Shown here: in pieces, positions 28,237-36,932 of the stretch
Layout of the letters: each line of letters opens with the position of its first letter
Numbering within the stretch: the stretch's first letter is position 1
NCBI GenBank assembly: GCA_024275415.1
Contig: JAJRZD010000043.1
Coordinates: 10,981 to 74,980 of the forward strand
Direction: 5' to 3'
Length of the DNA: 64,000 nt
Source of the DNA: an archaeon
Lineage (GTDB): Archaea; Asgardarchaeota; Thorarchaeia; Thorarchaeales; Thorarchaeaceae
Made by a program: the position numbers and the translations under genes
The notes under the pieces: model-generated
Told to the model about the DNA's origin: nothing
Databases searched by the model: none
The model's input: the letters and a program-made list of their open reading frames with translations, nothing else

Positions 28237-30117
28237 ATGAGTAGATTCTACGCGCTCACGATAGTGGTACTTCTTTTATTCACAAGCCTTCCCGTTTCAG
28301 CTCAGAACGACTATTCATTCATCGCCAAAGACATCTACGATGTAGAGGAGGTCATTCCGGATCCTTTCTTGGCTTCAGATGGCAATATGACTTTTGAGAA
28401 GCATGATAACATAAATGAGCTCTCTGTTTCATACGAGCAATCTGAAGACCAGTCAGGTGTCGTGATTCTTAACTGGACTCATATTGCAGGAACTAAGCTA
28501 GAATACGACAATGACTCGTATAGACCACGTGAGTACGTTTACTTCGCCCAGAACATTTCGTGGGATCATACAGTCATTCCTGCAAGTCTGAACATATCGG
28601 TCAATTATCAGATAGAAACAACTGGGAATTTTAGCGATCAATCACCAATGAGATATTTCAATCTCGAAGCATGGGCTATCGACTCGTCTGGTGAATGGGA
28701 TGCGCTTACTAGATTCTATGGAGTACCGGAACAGTATGAAACCAAAAGCGTTAGAGAAGCAAACAAATACGTCATGGAAAGATTGTTCGGTCCATTCATT
28801 CTTGGAGAACCTATTCAACTTCAATTTGCCATTGCATTGGCTCCATCATCCAGTTTCGTAATAGACCAAAACGCCCCTTGGAAAACATACAATGGTTCTA
28901 TAATAGTTCGAGTCAAAGAGGTACATCTCCATGCCACGTTTAATGAGGTGGACAACTGGCCTTCAGTAGAACCACCAATCAACAATAGCACCTATCGAAT
29001 ATCAGAATCCGAGCGACTTGTAGATTCCTCTATCACACCTGATGGGGGAGTCTATGTTCTTTCATACCTAGAATCTAATAGCGATCCCTCAGGTTTTGTT
29101 TTGAGAAGAATCAATCCAATGACTCAAACAGAGTGGTTGGTCAAATGGGATGCGTCCAGTCCAATATATTGGCGCTACGTTGGTGGGACTGATTTGTATG
29201 TATATCTAGTGGGAACTAACAAGACTTCCAAAGCTTCTAGTGTTGTAGTATCAGCATTGAATTATGATGGCTCCTCTGCCTACAACTGGTCATATTCGAT
29301 CTCGAATGATATTGTTACGACCATCGATGTTGGATCAGACGGCTCTGTGTATTTGGGGCTGTACAAGTGGATTAGTGATGGCCGGTCTAGATTAGTCAAA
29401 ATCGGACCTGATGGAAGTGTTCAATGGGAACTGAACGGAGATTCAGACGGAGCCACAGTTCTAATCGAGCTTGAAGGTGACTCGCAAGGAAATATCATCG
29501 GCTTGTCCGCAGATAGACTTTCAAAGATTGATGCAGACGGAAACATAAAATGGGAAATATTCAACGAGTTCGGAGGCTATGAGTATAATCTTCATATCAT
29601 GGATGATGACTCGATCTTGCTGGTTTCGAACACGTACAGCGAAACGACAATCGTGAAAGTGTATAGCAATGGAACAATAGGCTGGGAGTACACGAACCGG
29701 ATTACCTATGCAGACTCATGGAACGAGTATTCCTATGTCCCAGATATCGCACATAGTGGGGATGGTCGTATATTTGTCCTGTGTAATAACTATGGGTATC
29801 ACAGGGCTGGGATCGTCATCGTCCTAAGTAGCTCTGGGAACCAACTCTATAACTTCACAGTGGCATTTGAAAAGGTCATATACGCGCCTTTCGAGGTTCC
29901 GTCCTACCAGAATATCCATCTAGATAATAATGGAATTCTCTATCTTGTGGGGAGAACGATTGACCCTGACTCATACTATGAGGTTGTTATTGCCACTTAT
30001 GGAACCGAACCGACCTTTCTGGGTGTATCCATGACATATTTGGGTACGGTTGGCATCGCGTTGGTATCTGTCATTGTGGTAATTGCCATCATCCACTTCA
30101 GAAGAAAAACTGGCTGA
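28237..30117 (+). CDS. Surface-anchored secreted protein with repeated beta-propeller-like (PQQ/BamB-type) units, an N-terminal signal peptide and a C-terminal TM anchor.
   Basis: Signal peptide MSRFYALTIVVLLLFTSLPVSAQ. Repeated DGSVY/DGSVQWE/DGNIKWE motifs. C-terminal LGTVGIALVSVIVVIAIIHFRRK. Confidence 0.5.
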   Translation: MSRFYALTIVVLLLFTSLPVSAQNDYSFIAKDIYDVEEVIPDPFLASDGNMTFEKHDNINELSVSYEQSEDQSGVVILNWTHIAGTKLEYDNDSYRPREYVYFAQNISWDHTVIPASLNISVNYQIETTGNFSDQSPMRYFNLEAWAIDSSGEWDALTRFYGVPEQYETKSVREANKYVMERLFGPFILGEPIQLQFAIALAPSSSFVIDQNAPWKTYNGSIIVRVKEVHLHATFNEVDNWPSVEPPINNSTYRISESERLVDSSITPDGGVYVLSYLESNSDPSGFVLRRINPMTQTEWLVKWDASSPIYWRYVGGTDLYVYLVGTNKTSKASSVVVSALNYDGSSAYNWSYSISNDIVTTIDVGSDGSVYLGLYKWISDGRSRLVKIGPDGSVQWELNGDSDGATVLIELEGDSQGNIIGLSADRLSKIDADGNIKWEIFNEFGGYEYNLHIMDDDSILLVSNTYSETTIVKVYSNGTIGWEYTNRITYADSWNEYSYVPDIAHSGDGRIFVLCNNYGYHRAGIVIVLSSSGNQLYNFTVAFEKVIYAPFEVPSYQNIHLDNNGILYLVGRTIDPDSYYEVVIATYGTEPTFLGVSMTYLGTVGIALVSVIVVIAIIHFRRKTG

Positions 30118-30197
30118 GGAGTCGGGTCACCTTTATTTAGTTTCAAGCCAAAGCTATCTAAAAGATCTGTTCGGGCCCAGGAGCGTAAATTAAGAAC

Positions 30198-30965
30198 ATG
30201 CAAGAATATGCACTGTTGGCGGAAATCATGTGGAATATATCAGTGGGTGTGCTGATCGCTGGTCTATTCTATACTTTTGGTATGTTCACGCTGGGAAAGC
30301 TGTTCGCTGTAATCTCTGATCACGGAGGCGATCATGATTACGAATCAGATGTGGAACATGACATTGACCATGACATGGAACATGATATTGACCATGACAT
30401 GGAACATGACATTAGCCATGACATAGACCACGACATCGACCATGAAAAGGACTACGACCACAGTTTCGACACTAGCGTGGGAATCGATGTCGATTCTCAC
30501 TCGGGGTTTTTCGAGTTCTCCAGAGATGCCCCACTCGGAGTCACTATCGGCACTTCATTAGTGAGCTTCGGGTTCATCGGTACAATGATGTATTATGATG
30601 GGATTGCTATACCAGTCCTCGCAAAGATGGGGTTCCATTTTCTTTCTGTGTTCGTTATTGTCTACTCTATGCGTTGGGCACTCGGGCGGATCTTCATCGA
30701 ATCAGGCTTTCACATGACCCCAAAGCATCTGGTTGGCAAAGAGGTCGAGGCCGTGTCTACTATTGATGATAGGTTTGGAGAGATCAGAACAGAAACAGAA
30801 ATGGGGCTACGTAGATTCAACGCCAAACCCTTTGAGAAGGGCAATACCTACAAAAAAGGCACCGTTGTATGGGTGATATCCGCCGATGATCGATTCGCCT
30901 ATGTGGATCACAGAAAAGACGTAAGAACGTGGACACAGGAACAAAGTCGTGCGGAAACAGATTGA
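30198..30965 (+). CDS. NfeD-like membrane protein with a C-terminal OB-fold and a His/Asp-rich repeat insertion.
   Basis: N-terminal TM, then HDIDHDMEHDIDHDMEHDISHDIDHD, further TMs, and a C-terminal OB-like segment (LVGKEVEAVSTIDDRFGEIRTE...GTVVWVISADDRFAYVD). It lies immediately upstream of an SPFH/flotillin gene. Confidence 0.6.
   Translation: MQEYALLAEIMWNISVGVLIAGLFYTFGMFTLGKLFAVISDHGGDHDYESDVEHDIDHDMEHDIDHDMEHDISHDIDHDIDHEKDYDHSFDTSVGIDVDSHSGFFEFSRDAPLGVTIGTSLVSFGFIGTMMYYDGIAIPVLAKMGFHFLSVFVIVYSMRWALGRIFIESGFHMTPKHLVGKEVEAVSTIDDRFGEIRTETEMGLRRFNAKPFEKGNTYKKGTVVWVISADDRFAYVDHRKDVRTWTQEQSRAETD
30331..30450 (+). repeat. In-frame tandem repeat with a 24-nt period (about 4-5 units, 8-aa unit EHDIDHDM) inside the NfeD-like gene.
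   Basis: The units gaacatgacattgaccatgacatg, gaacatgatattgaccatgacatg and gaacatgacattagccatgacata at 30354..30425 were read directly. They are flanked by degenerate copies. Confidence 0.8.
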
Positions 30966-31342
30966 ACCCACGACCGCGTTCTGCTTTTTAAACTAACGAT
31001 TTTCGCAGCGTGAAAAGTGACTATTATTAATCAACAGACGCAGTTCTGTCATGTTCTCATTGAGTTATCTTTCTCCTCACGGGAAATAGGGGGGATGCTG
31101 TACGTCCAGTCATTCCCCTGAAGTACCGATTTTACCATGTTTTTTGCTGAAAGACTTTATATTCCTTCACAAGAAGTATCACTTGAGTGCACTGGATCCA
31201 GATTGGTTATCTGGATGCGCACCTGTGGGATGATACAAAATGTGTCAATCTCCTTAACCAAGGGTGGATACATCGAGGGTTCTCATTCAGATAGCCAAAG
31301 AGAAACAAGTGCATTAAGAAAGAAGTGTGAGTAGAACAATAA

Positions 31343-32659
31343 ATGCAAGCGGGTACATGGGAATCGTTGGGCCTAACCATTGGTGTATTTGGCATCCTTC
31401 TTATTCTGCTGTTCGCCCTCTATGTGAAAAAGTATGTTCGTATATTTGACCCGAACATCTTCTTCGTTCATCTTCGAAGAGGAAAGGCAATCAGACAGGG
31501 CGAGGGTGGCATGGTCATTCGGATCCCGTTCCTGGATAGGATTCTTGCTGTTGATAGGACTGTCCAACAACTCGATATCTCAGCCGAGTCTGTCCTTTCA
31601 AAGGAGAAACAGAAAATCAAGCTGAGTGCTGTCCTTCAATGGCAGGCTGAGAACGCTATTGCCACGATTAATAATGTGAAATGGAGCGAAATACCTCCTC
31701 GGCTCACAGCTATTATTGAATCAGTCATACGCACAGCATGTGCACAACTGTCTGTCGAAGAAATCCTTGAAGAACGCCAGTTGATCATCGAAGCCATCAA
31801 GAAGGAACTCATCGACATCGTTAGTGAGTGGGGCCTCAAAGTTGTCACTGTAGAGCTGGTTGACGTTTCAGTGGTAAACGAATCATTTCTCAGGGACATG
31901 GCAAAGCCCAGAGAGGCTGAAATGCACAGACTCGCGCAGATTGCACTCATTGATGCTGATCAGGAAACCGGAACACGTGACATCGAGCGTACAAAAGTAC
32001 TCAGACAGAAGGAAATTGAACGTGACAAGATGATAGGTGTCAAGGAACAGGAACAACTTCGTGAGATACAAGAAGCTGAAAAACGCAGAGAGCAAAGTGT
32101 TCTTGAAATCGAGCTTCAGAAAGAATTGATGTCCAAGAAATACGAGAAACAACAGGCTGAGGTGGAGGCCGCAAAAGATCTTGAGGTAGCCAAGTTTGCC
32201 GCCGAGGCTGAGAAGCAACGAAAGATAAAACAAGAAGTTGAGGTTCAGGCTCAGAAAATCCTTCAGGAAGCCGAAGCTGAGGCTACTAAGATTAGCGCAA
32301 TCGCTGCTGCTGAAGCAGACCAAATCAAGAAGATCACGTCAGCTCAGGCAGAAGGTATCAAGAAGACCCTTGAAGCCGCAAGGGACTATTCGCCTCAGGC
32401 CTTTGCAAGGGACTTCCTGCAAATGCTACCAGAAATCTATCGCAACATCGACATCGGTGACATCACACTCTTCGGTGGAGGAGGCGGTGGGGCAGATGGC
32501 GAAGGTGGCGATGGTGGTGCAGGTGCATTCCAAGTATTCGGCAATGTCATGCTTCCTATGATGATCATGGCGAAAATGATGGGATTTGATTTCCAGAAGC
32601 TGATGAAGGACTCCCTTGGTGAGTTTGCCGTCAAGGACGAAGAGAAGAAGAGCAAATAG
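31343..32659 (+). CDS. SPFH/band-7 (flotillin-like) protein.
   Basis: N-terminal TM plus an SPFH domain. It has a long E/K/A-rich coiled-coil (EAEKQRKIKQEVEVQAQKILQEAEAEA) and a Gly-rich C-terminal tail. This is typical flotillin architecture, paired with NfeD. Confidence 0.8.
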   Translation: MQAGTWESLGLTIGVFGILLILLFALYVKKYVRIFDPNIFFVHLRRGKAIRQGEGGMVIRIPFLDRILAVDRTVQQLDISAESVLSKEKQKIKLSAVLQWQAENAIATINNVKWSEIPPRLTAIIESVIRTACAQLSVEEILEERQLIIEAIKKELIDIVSEWGLKVVTVELVDVSVVNESFLRDMAKPREAEMHRLAQIALIDADQETGTRDIERTKVLRQKEIERDKMIGVKEQEQLREIQEAEKRREQSVLEIELQKELMSKKYEKQQAEVEAAKDLEVAKFAAEAEKQRKIKQEVEVQAQKILQEAEAEATKISAIAAAEADQIKKITSAQAEGIKKTLEAARDYSPQAFARDFLQMLPEIYRNIDIGDITLFGGGGGGADGEGGDGGAGAFQVFGNVMLPMMIMAKMMGFDFQKLMKDSLGEFAVKDEEKKSK

Positions 32660-32706
32660 AACGGAACCCACCCCTGGTACGAATCCAAGGGTGTGGTCTG
32701 TTTTTC

Positions 32707-32955
32707 TTATTTTAAGCGTTTGATGTACCAGACGAGCTTCCCGTCCTCTTCGACAAGTTCGACAATCTCGTTCCCAGTACGTTCGGCCCAAGCTGGAAAG
32801 TCCTTCTTAGTACCAATATCGGTAGCAACGACCTTCAGAATCTGGCCAATTTCAATAGACTTGACCTGCTTCTTGGTTTGGAGTATTGGCATGGGGCATC
32901 GCAGCCCGCTAGCATCGAATTCCTTGGCTACTTCGTGTTCGGTCATAGGTATCAA
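32707..32955 (-). CDS. tusA: TusA-like sulfur carrier protein.
   Basis: 82 aa with the CPMP (CPxP) motif near the N-terminus. Confidence 0.7.
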   Translation of the reverse strand: MIPMTEHEVAKEFDASGLRCPMPILQTKKQVKSIEIGQILKVVATDIGTKKDFPAWAERTGNEIVELVEEDGKLVWYIKRLK

Positions 32956-33147
32956 CCGGTTTTCCCCGCTTCAGAGGTCATTTATTATTTGCTATTGCGT
33001 CTTCACATGCTCAAGAGAGAATTTCCGATTGTGAGGGCAAATATACCAGTTTAGTTTCTTGATGTAACTTTACTTACACATATCTTTCGTTTTATCACCA
33101 TCATTAAATACCCCATTGGAAAGCAAAAAAGAGTAGGTGAACAGTTT

Positions 33148-33531
33148 ATGGCGTTCTACCAGTTACTCTTGTTTGTTCTCTTTGCACTGAACATGAGTGC
33201 CATGTTTAGTGGGTTCATGCTGGCAAGGAGAATGGGAATGTACCTCATGACACAGGTCATGATGCTCATGTTTGGGATGATAGTAGGTCTCATCGCACTA
33301 ATCCTGCCATTCGTCGGGTTTGGCGATGTCGTGTACTGGCTACTGGTCGTTGATCTAGTGTTGGTACTTATCGCATTCCTTCTAGAATTCGGGACAGTCC
33401 TGCCCATTCTGATGAAGACCATGCAAGGCGGACCAATCCACAGCTCGCACATCACGAATCTGATTTTGAGCCTGTTCTACCTGTTGGGTCTCGTCCTGTT
33501 CTGGACTGACATAATCGCCATAGGTGCATAG
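33148..33531 (+). CDS. Small hypothetical membrane protein with about 4 TM helices.
   Basis: 127 aa, almost entirely hydrophobic helices. It sits between the TusA and DsrE-like genes. Confidence 0.4.
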   Translation: MAFYQLLLFVLFALNMSAMFSGFMLARRMGMYLMTQVMMLMFGMIVGLIALILPFVGFGDVVYWLLVVDLVLVLIAFLLEFGTVLPILMKTMQGGPIHSSHITNLILSLFYLLGLVLFWTDIIAIGA

Positions 33532-33536
33532 AGGAG

Positions 33537-33911
33537 TTGAATAAGAAAATGCCAAGTCTATACATAATCGGTCAATGGGGTCCTGAAGCTGCCGAACGTT
33601 GCTATGGTCCTTTTGTGACAGGTACTACTGCACAAGCTCAGGATATCGAAACGAACATCTTCCTGATGATGGATGCTGTCTATCTGATCAAGAAAGGAAT
33701 TCCTGAGAAGATCAAGGCTCCCGGATTCCCACCACTACAAGATCTAATCACGTCATTTCTCGATGAGGGTGGCAAGATTCAGGTCTGCTCCAATTCCTAC
33801 GAGTTTCGTGGGATGAAAGAGGAAGACTTCATGGACTCCCGAATTGAGGTCGCTGGTGCTGCGACTATGATTGATGAAGTACTAAAACATGACAAAGTAA
33901 TGTTCTTCTAA
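33537..33911 (+). CDS. DsrE/DsrF-like sulfur-relay family protein.
   Basis: 124 aa with a conserved Cys in the IQVCSNS context, resembling the DsrE/TusD active-site Cys. Confidence 0.55.
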   Translation: MNKKMPSLYIIGQWGPEAAERCYGPFVTGTTAQAQDIETNIFLMMDAVYLIKKGIPEKIKAPGFPPLQDLITSFLDEGGKIQVCSNSYEFRGMKEEDFMDSRIEVAGAATMIDEVLKHDKVMFF

Positions 33912-33960
33912 AGCGGATGGGATATACAACCCATCCTCCTCTTTTTTTGTAACCACAACA

Positions 33961-34905
33961 TCATTTCAATAGTGGTAAGACTCGATTGCCAATCATTTCA
34001 ATTTGTTCTATTTCATGGCCATAAGGAAGCATCAAGATGACATGATGAATCCCGATATCTGAATACCTCTGTAGCTTCACAGTCAGCGCTTCGGGTGTGC
34101 CCCAAAGTGATGATTCAACACGACGACGGTAATCGTCTAGAGTGACACCCCGCTTCTGAGCATTCTCGACAAGTACATGTTCCATATCATCAGGGCTCTC
34201 AAAGCATCGGGTCCACAACCCGACGGATCTCTGGATTGAACTCCTCTTACGACCATTCTGTTCGCACAGGTCACCAAGGGTCTTGAATATGTCCTCACAC
34301 ATCTCAGGTGTGAACGACCAAGCGATGTTTATACCATCTGCATATTTTGCTGCGAGCTCGAGCATCCTTTGCCTCGCCTTCATTGTCCCAATCCAAATTC
34401 TCGGATTTTTTTGGTAGGGCTTAGGAAAGGAGATGAGGTTTCTGACAGAGTAATGAGAACCAGTAAATGTGAATCGCTCATTGGTCCAGATCCCGCGTAT
34501 TATCTGGACAGCTTCTTCAAGCTGGTCGATGCGAGTGTGGTCAGGAGGGAAATCGTATCCATATGCCTCATATTCGATCTTCTTCCATCCTGCACCATAT
34601 CCGAACTCGAAGCGACCTTCGGATATGACATCTAACGAAGCAGCCATCTTTGCCGTAAGAGCAGGATTCCGGTAGCTGTTGCAAAAGACCATGCTTCCGA
34701 CCCTAATCTCACGATTGTTTCGTACAAGTGCAGCCATTAGAACCCATGGGTCAATCAACACCTTATCGGTCGCTTCCCGATCCAGCATGAAGTGATCCGA
34801 GAACCAAAGAGTTGAGAAACCATTCTTCACGGCTGCATGAGCAATCTCTAAGACACTGTCATATGAAAAACCGAACTGCGGCTCGATTTGAATACCGAAC
34901 TCCAT
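33961..34905 (-). CDS. LLM-class (luciferase-like) flavin/F420-dependent oxidoreductase.
   Basis: 314 aa TIM-barrel LLM pattern (LWFSDHF...GRFEFGYGAGW). Confidence 0.7.
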   Translation of the reverse strand: MEFGIQIEPQFGFSYDSVLEIAHAAVKNGFSTLWFSDHFMLDREATDKVLIDPWVLMAALVRNNREIRVGSMVFCNSYRNPALTAKMAASLDVISEGRFEFGYGAGWKKIEYEAYGYDFPPDHTRIDQLEEAVQIIRGIWTNERFTFTGSHYSVRNLISFPKPYQKNPRIWIGTMKARQRMLELAAKYADGINIAWSFTPEMCEDIFKTLGDLCEQNGRKRSSIQRSVGLWTRCFESPDDMEHVLVENAQKRGVTLDDYRRRVESSLWGTPEALTVKLQRYSDIGIHHVILMLPYGHEIEQIEMIGNRVLPLLK

Positions 34906-34957
34906 TGTTCATCAGAAACAGTCTGTTTCTATTATTCAATAATCCTTTGGTCTCTCG

Positions 34958-36400
34958 CTAGTACGGATAGCAAGGTGTCATTAGCAGGTTCATTAGAGCG
35001 ACCCTGACATCCTCGACATCTGCAAATCCGACAATGTCCGTCTTACATATCCTAGTGTATGGGACCATGGGAAGATCTTTTTCTTTGACTCCTGAAGCGG
35101 GGTCGTCAACATTGATTTGCGTGAGCAATGAAGCAGGGATTCCAAGTTCTTCCATGACACCTGTGAGAACCTCATATGTTGGTTCACAGAAGAGACAGTG
35201 ATTGGACTTGTAAAAAGTAATGCAGGAGGTCTTACCACACTCAAGGGTCTTTTGCATGTTCCATGACGGCACCATCATGACAAACCTTGCACCTTTAGTG
35301 AAATCCCCTTCGACCTTGTCCTCGACCCAGACCTCGCCGCCTATCTTTTCGAGGATTCGGTCAGTAAGGGTCAGCCCTAGACCTCGACCTACAATTTGAA
35401 AATCAGGACTACCAGAACGCTTGAAAATAAATGGTTTTAGAGAGTCAGGCACGCCAGGGCCATTGTCTTCAAACTCAATCCGAATCTTGCCCCGTGCAGG
35501 GATGTGTTTTGCTGTTATCTTGACATGAACTTCTTCTGATTGGTCGAATTGCATAGAGTTGTGTAAGATGTTGTAGAATGCCTTGTGTAGAAGATCATAT
35601 CCTTCTAGGATGAATTGCCTTTCTTCGATATTTGATGTAACAACCAAAGATTTTGAGTCGAATTCATTGCGTACATCACGAATAACGCTATTCAAACATT
35701 CATTCAGATCAAGTGATTCAGTTTCCACCTTTGCTTCACTCAAGGCAAAGATATCTCGAAGGTTGGAAATCATTCTCGACGCTCGCCGGACCTCTTCTAG
35801 CGATGCGTTTAGGAGATTTGAGCCAGTCCTATTCAGCCTTTGAGACTCCCCCAATAGACCCAGTGAGAATATCAGACTTTGATTGACATTATTGAGGTCG
35901 TGTGTCATGACCTCTAGTACAAGCGATGCACGTTCTCTCTCACTTCGTGCACGGGACTCAGCAAACTTTCTCCTGTCGATATCGGTTGCCATCAATCCAA
36001 TCATTGGAGGCCCGCCGTTCTGCGAGATGATGCTTGCAGTGATGCTCACCCACACTTTGCTACCATCTGACCGAACCATCTGAACTTCGAGATCCTTGAT
36101 TTCTTTTCCCTGCATGACTTCCGATACTAGGAGACGCCCTACATCGTCCGAATCGCTGTCTGTGGCAAATACAGATGAAACATGATGTTTTAGAAGAGCA
36201 TCTTTCGGATATCCCAGTAAATCCACAGCTTCGCTGTTAAGATTCGTAATGATGCCATGCTGACTAAGAGAGAAATATGCAAGTGGAAGGGCGTTGACAG
36301 AAATGAAGTTCCCACTAGCTGTTGCATCCCGTTCAGATTTGTTTTTCACGGTCACTTTCGTCCCCCTTGCAGAATGATTATTGCCAGTTCGGTTTCGCAA
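34958..36400 (-). CDS. Sensor histidine kinase with PAS, HisKA and HATPase_c domains, plus a C-terminal thioredoxin-fold CxxC domain.
   Basis: PAS-like N-terminus. H-box EVMTHDLNNVNQSL. ATPase G-boxes DNGPGVP and GRGLGL. The C-terminal ~100 aa have CITFYKSNHCLFCEPTYEVL...MVPYTRI...IVGF, a thioredoxin fold with a CxxC and a cis-Pro. Confidence 0.7.
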   Translation of the reverse strand: MRNRTGNNHSARGTKVTVKNKSERDATASGNFISVNALPLAYFSLSQHGIITNLNSEAVDLLGYPKDALLKHHVSSVFATDSDSDDVGRLLVSEVMQGKEIKDLEVQMVRSDGSKVWVSITASIISQNGGPPMIGLMATDIDRRKFAESRARSERERASLVLEVMTHDLNNVNQSLIFSLGLLGESQRLNRTGSNLLNASLEEVRRASRMISNLRDIFALSEAKVETESLDLNECLNSVIRDVRNEFDSKSLVVTSNIEERQFILEGYDLLHKAFYNILHNSMQFDQSEEVHVKITAKHIPARGKIRIEFEDNGPGVPDSLKPFIFKRSGSPDFQIVGRGLGLTLTDRILEKIGGEVWVEDKVEGDFTKGARFVMMVPSWNMQKTLECGKTSCITFYKSNHCLFCEPTYEVLTGVMEELGIPASLLTQINVDDPASGVKEKDLPMVPYTRICKTDIVGFADVEDVRVALMNLLMTPCYPY

Positions 36401-36532
36401 TAGGTTACGAAGTCACTTTAGAATTGTGAAGTCGCAGTTGGTCCGTACAATCTCAAGAAGTATCTATAGATAATAGTATCTATGAGGGACGTTTGTTAGT
36501 AATTGATTGTTCCTTTCCACAACAGTTAAAAA

Positions 36533-36901
36533 GTGAGTTTTGAACATTTGAACAAGTGTTCAACTAAGAAGGACAAAATAATGTTTGTTTCTAATAACGA
36601 CGAATCAGTAATGCTCTTCGATGACGAAGTTGATGGTATTGTGAAGATCTTCAAAGCACTTGCAGATAAGACTCGTGTGAAGGTCATCTCAATTCTGACT
36701 TCTCCAAAGAAACATCGCGTGTCAGAGATCGCAAAGATGCTTGATATGGAGGTAAGCAGGATTAGTCACCAACTGACCAAGCTTGAAGACATGGGGTTTG
36801 TCAAAGGAATAAGAGATGGAAGGAACATATACTATGAAATCCAAGACGAATGCATCAAAACAATCCTCAGAACCGCAAAAGATCATATCAGTGGAAAATA
36901 A
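36533..36901 (+). CDS. ArsR/SmtB-family metalloregulator.
   Basis: KIFKALADKTRVKVISILTSPKKHRVSEIAKMLDMEVSRISHQLTKLEDMGFV is the ArsR wHTH. Confidence 0.8.
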   Translation: MSFEHLNKCSTKKDKIMFVSNNDESVMLFDDEVDGIVKIFKALADKTRVKVISILTSPKKHRVSEIAKMLDMEVSRISHQLTKLEDMGFVKGIRDGRNIYYEIQDECIKTILRTAKDHISGK

Positions 36902-36932
36902 GGCAGTCTGTTCGCATTGTGAAGCAGAGAGA

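Noticed and set aside
30331-30450. Regular 24-nt direct repeats. Could they be a CRISPR-like array?
   Set aside because: The repeats are contiguous with no spacers, in-frame and coding (His/Asp-rich peptide) inside the NfeD-like gene. This is not a CRISPR array.
31636-32791. Several minus-strand and alternate-frame ORFs overlapping the flotillin gene.
   Set aside because: They arise from the low-complexity E/K/A-rich coiled-coil coding sequence, and there is no independent support.
36816-36932. Upstream extension of the P-type ATPase ORF (MEGTYTMKSK...CSHCEAE).
   Set aside because: It overlaps the ArsR 3' end in another frame and is too short for an HMA domain. I prefer the Met at 36933, while keeping the CxxC as a noted possibility.
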